DNA of 64,000 bases from Octopus sinensis (Eukaryota), in the NCBI RefSeq assembly GCF_006345805.1, contig NC_043007.1, positions 26,908,001 to 26,972,000 on the forward strand. Direction: 5' to 3'. The notes beneath the pieces were generated by a model, which was given only the letters and a program-made list of their open reading frames with translations, was not told the origin of the DNA and made no database searches. Below are positions 1-11,238 of this stretch, piece by piece (within the stretch, counting starts at the first letter, position 1; each line of letters begins with the position of its first letter). A program made the translations under genes and the position numbers.

Positions 1-2041
1 CGCGGGATGCCCCTCAAAGCCTCCAACTTGCGCAGTAATGGCTCGAGAGTCAAAATGTACAAGAGGGAGGAGAGAGGGCATCCTTGGCGGACCGAACGCG
101 AGATGTCGAACGGTTCCGAAGGTGACCGTTCACCCGTATCACCGAGCAGATGTTGCTGTATAAAGCAGCGATCCACCCGCGGAAGACTGGACCGAAGCCG
201 GCTGCCTTGAGGACAGCTGCCAGGTACCGATGGTCGACCCTATCGAAGGCTTTACTCTGATCCAAGTTGATCAAAGCCCCACCCGCGCCAGCGTCGTTAC
301 CCACCCTCTCTATGATGTAGCGCATGAGATGGAGGTTGTCGTGTATCGACCTGGTCGGCACGGCGCATGTCTGCGTCCCGCCGACCAGCTTGTCCACGAC
401 AAGCGCCAATCTCTTGGCTAGCACCTTGGCCAAAATCTTCAACTCTGCATTGAGCAGAGTGATGGGCCGAAAATTCCCTATAACGTCCCCCTTGTTTGGG
501 TCCTTCTTTAGCAAAGCCACCACCCCTCGACAGACAAAAGCAGGAATTCTCCCGTTTTGCTGCCAGTTGCAGTAGACGTTTGCCAACAGGTCCGCAAACA
601 AGTCTGGCATTGAAAAGTAAAGCTCGTAGGGCAGACCATCCAAACCCGGCGATCTACCTCTCGTGCAACTCTTCATCGCTTCCTGTACTTCCCAGGCAGA
701 TATCGGTCCTTCGCAGCACTCTGCCTCGCTGTCCGAGAGTTGCGGCAGTCCGTCCAGGTACACACCGAAGTCTGTACCGTTGGTGTCCGTTCCACCGCTC
801 GTCCCAAACAGTTGAGCAAAGTGCCGCTGAAGCACCGTACACATCTGCTTCGGTTGGGTAACCTCGCGCCCGTTCTGGTCCACCAAAGACCGAATGGTTG
901 CTCTCTGTTGCCTCGCTTCGCCTCCGCCACGCGGGCCCATCGAGCGGCTCTAGTCCCCTCCCCGCTTAGCGAACGTGCCTTAGCTCTGACAACGCAGCCT
1001 TCGTGTTTGGCGTCGAAGTGTTGGTCGAGGGCCAACCTTGCCGCCAACACGTCGGTCGCGATGCCAGTGTCAAGAGCCTCGTCTAGTTTCTTAACTAAAT
1101 CCCGCTCTCTCTTCCTACGTTCAATAGCTAGAGTCTTACTATACCTAATCGACTCTACTCTAATTGCTCTCTTGAGGGCAAACCACCAGTTGTTGTTGAT
1201 GATTGCCCCCGTGAGCGCCCGCTTAACTAGTAAACTAATCCGGTCTCTGTAAGCTTTGCACGCCGTTAACGACGCGTTCAGCTTCCAGTAGCCGGGTCCC
1301 TGTCTATGTAGCCTATCTAAGTCGACCGTACAGATCACTAATTTGTGGTCCGTATATTCGACTAGGTGGAATTGTGGACACCCTACGCTGTCCTTATCCG
1401 CTGGCCTACAAAACACTCTATCTAAGTACGATCTAGACGACCCGATGCGGTTTGTCCAAGTCCACATTGGCACATTCGGGTTGTCTAGTCGAAACCTGTC
1501 GGACAGCTGAAAGCGGCCGAGTAGGTTGGCGAGGCTCTTGCACCCTCCCCCTCTCCTCCTCATCAGACGCTCCCCTGCCCACCCGATCGAAACGTTCGTC
1601 TAAGACAGCGTTCCAATCCCCAACTAGTACTAGAGTGCGTGACGTTCCCAGGAAAACTTCCAGACGTTTGAAATAATCCGACTGCCCTGCTCCTGTCGGA
1701 GCGTAGGCAGCCAGCAGTCTGAAAGCACCGCCGTCACTACCGTCGACGTCGAGGACCACCAACTTACCTTCCGGATCCAAGAAGACTGTCCTTATTTTCA
1801 GGTCCAGGCCCTTCCGAAACAACACCGCAGTACCACCACCGCCCGCTCCCGGCCGACACGGAGATAGAAATATCTCGTATCCGCCGAAAAGGGCTGCGAG
1901 TTCCTGCGGGTCGGAGAGCCTGGTTTCACTGATGGCTGCTACATCCACATCATGAAACCTCAGGTCGTTTAACAGGTGACCCTGTTTCCAAGGTGACCCG
2001 AGGCCTCTCACATTCAAGCAACCGATTCTAAGATTTGCCAT
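1..2041 (-). pseudogene. Tx1 copy A ORF2 (AP endonuclease + reverse transcriptase), three frameshifts, partial
   Basis: GCLNVRGL, ISETR, GDWN, SYLDRV, TDHK (APE); SPGLDGL, FRPITLLNAELKILAK, LDQSKAFDRV, RQGCPLS (RT). Frame switches at ~1550-1565 (purine run), ~901-906 (extra AG dinucleotide) and ~118-122 (missing T). Restoring them gives sequence collinear with copy B ORF2. Confidence 0.92.
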
Positions 2042-2079
2042 GTTTCAAAAGTTAGGGGAAAAAAAAAGGAGAAAAAAGG

Positions 2080-3747
2080 CTCTACTTACTGTTGTTGGTG
2101 GTGGGGGTGGCTCCCTTGTGCTTTTGCACGGGTGCTTCCACAATGTTTTTGTAAAGTTTTTCGAGAAACTTTTCCCTAGCGATCCCACATCGTTAGGGAA
2201 TATTTTTGTTTGATTTCATCAATGTTTTTGCATTATTTTTATTGTGAGAATGTGTGCTGGGTGTGTTTGTGTGTTGGTATGATGAAATCGGTTATGTTTG
2301 TGCTTGTTTTGTTTTTAAATACTCCACTAGTTTTGGTTCTTTGTGTTTATTGCTGTAATGTGTCTGTAATTGTGTCTGTGTTTGTTTGTGTCTGTGGTAG
2401 TGGCAGTAGTGGTGTCGAAAGTGTTGTTGTTTTTGTTTGTTGTTGTGAGTGTGTGTTGTTGTTGATGTTGTTGTTGATGTTGGGAAGTACTGTTTGTTCG
2501 TGCTTCCCCTTTAAATCTTTTTTTTTTTTTTCCTCCTTTTCTTTTTTGGAGGTACTATATTCCATTCTCCTTTGTTGGAATCGAGCTCGCACAATCCGAG
2601 ATCTCTTCATCCGGCAAAGGAATGGTTGAGGGGTCTGCTTCAGTAGCAGGACGAAAAGTTTCTGGTTCCCCGGTATCGGTGGTGCCGCTGCTCCTGTTAC
2701 TGTTGATGTCGCTGCTGTCGACCTTCGAGGTACTGGTGTCGGTGTTGGTTTGGTGGTGGTTGTCGGTGTTGGTTTGGTGGTGTTTGTTGTTGTTGGAGGT
2801 GGTGTTGCTCGTCTTGGTGCTGGTGTTGGTGATGGTGTTGGTGGTGTGGCAGCCTTTGGTGTTTCTTGCTGTTTTTGTTGTTTCTGTTGTTGTTTGCTTG
2901 TGTTGTTGTTGTTGTTGTTGTTGTGTTGTTGTTGTTGTTGCTGCTGCCTCTTGCTGAAAGCCTCCATCCTCTTTTTTGAATGGGACAGTCCCTCTTTAAG
3001 TGGCTTTCGCTGCTGCAGAGAAAACATTTTGGCTTTCGCCCCTCCACAGCAACGTTTAGCCTGGTGCCGTCCGGCAAACTTACGAAATCAGGGATTTTAC
3101 TTATATTCTCTTGCTGAATTTGCGCAAGAAGCAGCACTCCCATCCCCAACCAGTTTTTTCGCCCTCACTCTCCTGACATCTAGAATGGTGGTAGTGTCCT
3201 CTATATCATAGAGGACAGCTGCCACCAGCCATGACATATTTAGTTCAGGGGGACGAGGTCGATTTTTATTTTTGTCACTCTTCGCCCGAGGTGGGTTGGA
3301 ATTAGTAACAAATTCTCAGTTTGCAAGGGCGAAATGGCGTTCGCCCTTGCCAGCTCCTCTGTTGGGAAGCGAACCTCCACGGTTCCAAAACGCTTCCCCT
3401 TGGTTACGTAGCTCTTTTGGGCCCCAATGGGCTTTAGAGCTATCTCCAACTGTTGGGGGTGTGGCATTTGTTATTCTTTTTAGTTTTCTGTCGAAAACTT
3501 TGTAAATTATTGTTTGCTTGTTGGTGCTTTCAATCACCTCTTGTGGAGTATTGAGGAAGATACCATTGCCATCCTTCCTTAACAATTCCTTCGCTTTTTT
3601 CACATCTTCTAGAGTTATCTTAACTTCCTCCGAAATTTGCTTCGCAGCAGAAGCAAAATTGTTGGAAGTTTTTTCTTTTATCTCCGTGTCAATGTTTGTG
3701 ATGATTTTTGTATTTGTTTTTTTTTTCTTCTCCTCCTTCCTTACCAA
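2080..3747 (-). pseudogene. Tx1 copy A ORF1 (Gag-like nucleic-acid-binding protein with CCHC zinc knuckle), frameshifted
   Basis: Track ORFs 3316-3747, 3240-3467, 2697-3149 and 2347-3027 join after single-base fixes in G/C runs (~3455-3459, ~3248-3252). CX2CX4HX4C at ~3030-3075; Q/N/T/P-rich linker; C-terminal segment similar to copy B 10960-11200. Confidence 0.8.
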
Positions 3748-4195
3748 AGCATTGGGTGAAGGCAGAGGGGGAAAATCAAGAATTACGTCGAACGCGACGT
3801 CATGACTTGCATTTCCTTTTGAACCGAGCGCGTGCTCTGCGGTTCGGAAGGAGAATCTTTGTTGCCTTTTAAGGCGTGAAGTGGGTGTTTTTTACGAGTT
3901 GTGTGTGTTTGCGGAGGGAGTGTATCTTGAAGGAAGGAACAGCCCAACTGTTCGCTTCATAGCCATTTTTTTTTGTTGTAATATTCAAAATGTTGAAAAA
4001 ATGTCAAATGTTCAAAGTTTTCAAACGCATTTCACCCCGAATGGGGCAAAATTTCGCCCAACCGACGAGCTCCCGCAAGAAGCCGGTCGGTTTGGCTACA
4101 AAATATTAAAAAATATTCAAACCTATTATAGATTTCCAATGAAATGGTGTCAAATTCACGGAGCTGATTCACGTACGTCTAACGGCGTCGGAAGG

Positions 4196-4261
4196 AATAA
4201 TAATAATAATAATAATAATATATAATAATAATTATATAATAATAATAATAATAATATAATA

Positions 4262-4349
<88 letters not shown>

Positions 4350-4385
4350 TGAATGATAATAATAATAATAATAATAATAATAGTA

Positions 4386-4462
<77 letters not shown>

Positions 4463-4489
4463 TAGTAATATAATAATAATAATAAAGTA

Positions 4490-4526
<37 letters not shown>

Positions 4527-4585
4527 GATGATATAATAATAATAATAATATAATAATAATAATAGTAGGAATAATAATAATAATA

Positions 4586-4647
<62 letters not shown>

Positions 4648-4710
4648 TAATAATAATATAATAATAATATAATAATAATGATGATAATAATAATAATAAT
4701 AATAATTACA
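4196..4710. repeat. (AAT)n microsatellite flanking the 5' end of Tx1 copy A
   Basis: Direct reading. Confidence 0.97.
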
Positions 4711-5066
4711 ACTACAACAACAGCACTATTAATACAAATAATAGCCATTAGTAAACGAAGCGCCGCCTAGTGTCACACTTATTTATTGTCAACATAAAAT
4801 AATGAAGTAGTGAGGCTAACGGTCTCCAGGCCTTCAGTGGAACCATGGTTCTCAATTAAAATATTGTTAGACAATATGTCTGCCATTGTCGCAGATTGAT
4901 GCACATCGTGTTTAGAGTCAATAAGAGAGATTCCTCTGTGGATTATACGCTTGATGAGATTTTGATCATAGGAAAATAGAATTATAGTCTCGATTTTACA
5001 AACTCTAATGCATTAAGATATTGAGCATTACGTACACACGTGTGGATTAGATTTACTTTGCAGATA

Positions 5067-5445
5067 GGTAGGCAGGTGAGTAGGTAGGTATGTGTGTAGG
5101 TAGGTAGGTAGGTTGGTAGGGAGGGAGGTAGGGAAGTAGGTAGGTAGGTAGGGAGGGAGGGAAGGAGGGAGAGATGGAGAGGAGGGACGGACGGAGGGAT
5201 GGACGGAGAGATGGGGCGAGGGACGGGCGGATGGATGGACGGAGGGGCGTATGAAGGGATGGACGGACGGACGGAGGGGCGGACAGGGGGATGAACGGAG
5301 GTACGGACGAAGGGATGGACGGAGGTACGGACGGAGGGATGGATGGAGGGATGGACGGAGAGAGGGACGGACGGAGGGATGGACGGATGTAGGGAGGTAG
5401 ATAGGGAGGGAGAGATGTAAGGAGGGAGAGATGTAAGGAGGGAAA
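5067..5445. repeat. Compound (GGTA)n/(GGAC,GGAT,GGAG)n purine-rich simple repeat
   Basis: Direct reading. Confidence 0.9.
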
Positions 5446-5446
5446 G

Positions 5447-5893
5447 AGGAACATTACTGCAGTTAGCGAAGACACTACGGAGGAAATAGTCATAGACCAA
5501 CCCAGGTCAGATGAAAATGCAGTAATGATAGAAAAAGTCAATGAAACTGATAAGCAAAGTGAAATATTCTCTGAACCAACCATAAACTCCAAGGCAAATG
5601 AAAATCAAATAGATGAAGAAAGTCACACAGAAATTGACCCAACAGAACTAGATGATCTAAAAAAGATCAAATCATGATAGAATGGCTGAAAATTAAAGAA
5701 ACTAGTATGAATGAACGTGACACTTCCAAAAATTCGCAACTCTAACCAAAACCTGGAAGGAATTGGCAAAATCCGCCTTGCACTTAAGGATATAATTTCA
5801 GCTAATGATATTGATATTACAGATCTCAACCACTTGTACTACGGATCCGCGAAAATCTCAACGATTCTACGCGGTGAAAAGATTAAAAAATGA
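5447..5893 (+). mobile_element. R4/Dong-type (RLE) LINE N-terminal ORF fragment, degenerate
   Basis: Frameshifted translation ...LPKIRNSNQNLEGIGKIRLALKDIISANDIDITDLNHLYYGSAKISTILRGEKIK resembles the LPKL...N-LiYaaA...G-K region upstream of RT in R4/Dong elements. Confidence 0.6.
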
Positions 5894-5962
5894 CAACATT
5901 CTTACAAAGGTTTGAAGTCTTCCACGGCTTCTTTCATGCCATTCCACCGATGTTATTAGATT

Positions 5963-6190
5963 GGCGAGCTGGCAGAAACGTTAGCACACCGGACGAAATG
6001 CTTAGCGGTATTCCGTCTGCTGCTACGTTCTGAGTTCCAATTCCGCCGAGGTCGACTTTGCTTTTCATCCTTTCGGGGTCGATTAAATAAGTACCAGTTA
6101 CGCACTGGGGTCGATATAATAGATTAATTCCTTTGTCTGTCCTTGTTCGTCCACTCTGTGTTTAGCCCCTCGTGGGTAGTAAAGAAATAG
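5963..6190 (+). mobile_element. tRNA-headed SINE with Meta-like core and Tx1-like 3' tail
   Basis: Head GGCGAGCTGGCAGAAACGTTAGC...TTCTGAGTTC; core GTCGACTTTGCTTTTCATCCTTTCGGGGTCGAT...AAGTACCAG; tail ends GCCCCTCGTGGGTAGTAAAGAAATAG. Other copies in the window (17568, 19077, 20050, 46025). Confidence 0.8.
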
Positions 6191-6267
6191 ATTAAGTTTG
6201 TTTTTGTATAGACAGCCCGGTGTAGCACATCCATGTTGTTATTATTGTTGTCGTTGTCGTCGCCGTT

Positions 6268-6300
<33 letters not shown>

Positions 6301-6926
6301 GTCATCATCATCATCATCATGATTAACGTATTGATATATATATTTATATTCGCTCAGTTATATCCGAAATCGAGGTCCAGTAAATCGAACGTTGACTCTG
6401 TAGACGTATACGATATCTTGTTCCATTCAATTTTCTTTTATTCTCTCAGCATTGCATGATAAAAACGATAACACAACACAATGAAATGAAAAGGGATAAC
6501 CATTTAGTGCAATGACAAAAGTAAAGTGGTTAAATGTCACTGTTAATTTTAGCAGGTCCGGGTACGATGCAATGGAATCGTTTCGCAGAGCGTTGGCGAT
6601 ATGAGAGAAATTGTCGAAGAAATTGAAGGAAAACTAGTAATATATTGAATGAAATTCATATGGTTAATAGAAATATTAGTTTACGAGCGAATAATATTAA
6701 TTAATATTTAATTAATTAATTGGCGATTGAAAAACAAAATGCTTCGAAGATAGTAATAGAAGATGAGAAAATTAAACGGTGATGGCCGAACATGTAGCAT
6801 TTTCAGATTGCAGGTATAGGAGTTGGAGCAAAAGATAGTGATAGTTGTAGCGGATGTGAGGTTCAATGAGCGATCGAAGAAATATCTGAACGATTCAACT
6901 GAGGTAAAGTAATAATGATAATGATG

Positions 6927-6968
<42 letters not shown>

Positions 6969-6971
<3 letters not shown>

Positions 6972-7430
6972 GATGGGATACAGCAAATATTCTGCTCAAT
7001 ACCACAGATTTGCTTGTCAGTTGTTTGACCTTAACCAGTTGAGAAGGTCCCTTAGTGGCTGATGATATGTGCATCTCTGATCACGAGCAGAAGTAGTGGG
7101 GGAGCATCATAGCCATGTGTTGAGAGGGATTCTTTGGGGTTTGAATAATTCACCTCTGGAAACATGGGTGGTTCTTTCAACATCCTTAAACAACCCTTAT
7201 TCAGGGACCTTTTGAGCAGGATGGGCTACTCAACCTGAAGAAAATTCTAACTGGGCCCCACCTGCAAGGTCATGTGCTGTTTATCTTGATATGAATCACC
7301 ATGTCGCGCACATATGGTTGTGATGCATGTGCCTGGTGTTACCTTTATCAGACGGGTAGTCATGATGGATATTGGGCTTCGTATATTTTACCCCAGTGTC
7401 ACTTTGATGGCATGCACTGCTCTCTCCTCA
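6969..7430. mobile_element. Dispersed repeat family (second, longer copy at 45390-45955 carries an HHR), ending in (AAT)n
   Basis: Collinear similarity between 6969-7430 and 45490-45955 over more than 400 bp. Confidence 0.75.
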
Positions 7431-7504
7431 ATAATAATAATAATAATGATAATAATAATAATAATAATAATAGTAATAATAATAATAAATAATAATAATA
7501 CTAA

Positions 7505-7596
<92 letters not shown>

Positions 7597-7610
7597 ATGA
7601 TAATAATAAG

Positions 7611-8085
7611 ACAGATCGATCCGGGTTAATCGACCAGACATAGTCATTAAAGACAGGGAATAAAATACTTGTAGGCTAGTAGATGTAAGTTCTCAGTTTG
7701 ATGAAAATATATCTGTAAAGGAATTTGAAATATTAACTAAATATAAGGGCCTGGAAAATGAAATACAAAAGATGTGGCATCTTAAAGCGAGAACTGTTCC
7801 TGTTATTGTGTGTGCCCTCCGTATGACAAGAAAGGGATGTCAGAAACATCTAGATAATATCCCAGGATAATGATGTTTCAGGGAAACCCCAAAGATTGGG
7901 GTAACAAATACTTCCCACATTCTTAGACAAGTCCTATCAATTTAGTGCTTATGTTGTATATCACGAAGATATTCTATGACTGCCACTGCCACTTCCCCTC
8001 CCCAAGCTTTCCGTCATACTGAATCATCTCTTATCGTTCACTCGCCCTAGGACGCTGGGTGCGTCTCGGCGAGTGATTGTAAGAA
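7611..8085 (+). mobile_element. 5'-truncated R4/Dong-type LINE: restriction-like endonuclease domain plus 3' UTR
   Basis: NRPDIVIKDRE*NTCRLVDVS..DENISVKEFE..TKYKGLENEIQKMWHLKARTVPVIV..L (PD-(D/E)xK RLE motif), ending HILRQVLSI*; directly follows an (AAT)/(AGT) array. Confidence 0.88.
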
Positions 8086-8106
8086 TAAAATATGAATATG
8101 TATGTA

Positions 8107-8305
8107 TGGAGAGTTCACGAATAAAACAGAAGATGAAGACAGGTGGTGTACAAAACAAACAGGTGTATTAGTATAACGCTCAGGAATAGACAAAAAGTCT
8201 TTTACGTTTCGAGCCTACGCTCTTCTACAGAAAGGTCAAGAAAAACAAGGAGAAAGGGACAAGAAAAACAAGAAAAACAAGGAGAAAAACAATGAGAGAG
8301 AAAAT
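8107..8305 (-). mobile_element. Penelope-like terminal-repeat fragment with HHR-like motif (8197-8235)
   Basis: Minus strand reads CCTTT CTGTAGAA GAGC GTAG GCTC GAAA CG TA AAAGAC; same family at 37561-37691 and 44331-44700. Confidence 0.6.
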
Positions 8306-8789
8306 ATATATGTATGTATACATGTATATATACATATATATGTATACATATGTATATATACATATATAAAATATATATGTATTATGTATGTATGTATCTA
8401 TGTATCTGTCTACATAGAATAACATTTATAGTATTACTGATTCAAATTTGCACTTTCATTGTATCAGTCTCGCTGATATGTTAACAATTGTTTCTATGTC
8501 TAACCGATGCCGATGTCAACTGTGCCAACGCGTATTTCAAAATCTGTCCGAAGCTCAATGGTTAAAATAAAGTGCATAAGGTATTTCAAGGAGAAATTCA
8601 ATCAGTTGAAAACAGTTCTGATATGTAAGATACATTCGCTGTTTAATAATGTTGATACTGGAGAAATATGGAAATAAGTTGTGATATGTATCATCGTAAA
8701 CTTGTCAAAATATAGTGTGAAAATTCATATTGAAACACGACATACATACTTACATACATGCACAAATACATATCTACACGCATATCTCT

Positions 8790-8820
8790 CCATCCATCCA
8801 TCCATCCATCCATCCAGCTA

Positions 8821-8862
<42 letters not shown>

Positions 8863-8863
8863 A

Positions 8864-8918
<55 letters not shown>

Positions 8919-8919
8919 A

Positions 8920-8955
<36 letters not shown>

Positions 8956-9000
8956 GTCTATCTGTCTATCTATCTATCTGTCTATCTATCTATCTATCTC
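8790..9000. repeat. (CCAT)n(TCTG)n(TCTA)n microsatellite, 5' flank of Tx1 copy B
   Basis: Direct reading. Confidence 0.97.
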
Positions 9001-9260
9001 TACTCTCACAATGGACGGACGCTAGTCATATCGGCTCCACGTAAGTTGGCCACTTTTACATGTTTAAAACTCCTTGTTGTCAAATATTTTGTTTTAATCG
9101 TTGTGCAAGTTCATTCACTAAAAAACCTGAGAATTATTCACGTAGAATTCCGCCCCTGTATGGCGAAATACAAAAAAAACTTTCAAAACTTTCGTGGGTT
9201 TTTTAGCCATTTTTCATTTTGAAAATGGCAACTAGAAACCACGTGGCTAGCCCGCCAGTC

Positions 9261-11238
9261 ATGCAAACGGTAGCAAAACACTATTGCTACCACTAGCTGC
9301 TAAACATCGCAGCGTGAACACCGCTGTCACCACCATCACCACCACCAACAACAACACAAAACAAATCTAACGTCGCATTCACCATCGCCGCGACCAAAGA
9401 CATTAACTTAGATTTCCCCTCACTCCCCACACCACTTGTTGATGATAAAGGGACAGAGAAAGGGATTTCAAAAATGAATACAAACGAAAACATGAATGCC
9501 AGCACCACCACCATCACCACCAACAACAACAACGAAATTGGCACAAAGCCGCCTACCAAAGACAACACCGCCAACACCAACACCACTACTACGACGTCAA
9601 ATGCTACATCCAAGCCTTCTGCTGCTAATACCGCCAACACCAACACCACTACCATGACTTCAATTAACACTGCCACAATTAACACTTCTACTGCCAAATT
9701 CAAAACGAAGTTTTGCGGACGTAACAAAACAAAAAGAACAATTGTAACATTCACCACACAAGAGATAAACCGCACAAAGGCACTCTTCTCCAAAGAAGGA
9801 GACAAATTGCACCTTCATATTCCACAACACATCGTGGAAAACACACACAAAAAAAAAAAACAATATTATAAGTAATAAACAAAAAACAAGAAGAACAGAA
9901 AATGCACCGCAGGAAAAAATCGATAAATGCCTTCGTCCTGTATGGGACTCCAAGGAATATATCAGTTGGGGAAACAAATTTGGTACAGTCCAAGTACGTT
10001 TCCCAACGAAAGTTTAGCAAAACGTTTTTCCACATTGGAGCTACATTCGGACGACTTGGTAATGATACCAGTCTATTTAAACAAAGGGTCACGAAAGTCC
10101 AAATAAAAAACATACCATTTGATGTCGAAACACAATGGTGGTCTCTGCCATCTGTTGAAATGTCAGAGACAAACATCCTGGAAATCGCGGTTCTAGGAGA
10201 GAAAGACTATGTGGGCAAATCAATCGAATTCCTGCTTCAATTGGATGAAGCAGCAAGAGAGAAGATACCCACCGCTATAGAACTGCCAGGAGGCTACAAA
10301 CTCTATATAGTGGTAGAGGGCAGGCGACCACGCTGCTATTTGTGTGGAAGCGAAACACACTTGAAAAAGACGTGCCCAACCACTGCACACCAAGAGCAAC
10401 AACAACAACCACTACCACAACCAAAGCACTCCGGAAAAAAAGCTCTACTACCCACACCATCAACACAGAAGACGACAAGAGAAGCACACCAAGCTAATCC
10501 GTCATCAACCAAAAACCACTCGACACCTGAAAAATACCAACACACCATCAACAGCAAAACCCAAAGGAACAGAAAAAACAAAGAAAACACACACAACTGA
10601 TCCCCCATCCCTTATACCGCACTCAACACACACAAACACTCAACAACCAACAACAACGAAAACAACAACACAACCACTTACACAGACATACATAGAAGCC
10701 CACAACATACCCCTACCCCCTTCTGATTCCTCAGAAATTTCGTCGGAAGACGAAACCAGTGAGGAATGGCAATAGCTACAAAAAGAAGGAAAATAAAGAG
10801 CAGAAACACAACCAAACCAAATGCAAACACGAACAAAGCAGGGGGAAATACATCTCCCGAAGACATTTCAAAACCCAACGCAAACAACAGCCACACCAAC
10901 ACCACAAAAACATATACAGCAAACATGCTCACAGCCATAGACACCAAAACACAAATTTGATGGAATACATCCAATCAAAAACAAACATAACAGAAGATGA
11001 CATAAAAACAAACAATCACCCATACACAACACCACCAGACCACATCAAAATATTACACATCTCCAAAAGTCTGCACCACACACACTCAAAGGCATTTTCC
11101 CCAGTGCGGTTGGTAAATGCCAAAAATATCTCACAAAAAACTGTACTGGGATCTTCTCGAGGACAAACCAACGGAGGAGAAAGCAAAAACTTTCGAGCAG
11201 TAAGTAACCCTCTGTATTCTAATTCATTAGAACTATGA
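9261..11238 (+). pseudogene. Tx1 copy B ORF1 (CCHC zinc knuckle), frameshifted; start uncertain
   Basis: Track ORFs 9474-9875, 9902-10600 and 10759-11238; CYLCGSETHLKKTC knuckle preceded by YIVVEGRRPR, matching LNVAVEGRKPK in copy A. Confidence 0.75.

Larger units (their letters stand above)
1..4195 (-). mobile_element. Tx1/L1-clade non-LTR retrotransposon, copy A (5' end intact, 3' part runs off the window start)
   Basis: 5' leader abuts (AAT)n at 4196; ORF1 pieces with a CCHC knuckle (CFLCSSESHLKRDC); ORF2 APE and RT motifs; clearly homologous to copy B at 9001-15071. Confidence 0.93.

Noticed and set aside
6556-6903. Possible + strand exons (cag|GTCCGG..; tag|GAGTTGGAG..GAG|gtaaag)
   Set aside because: Short, with no recognisable protein similarity or partner exons.
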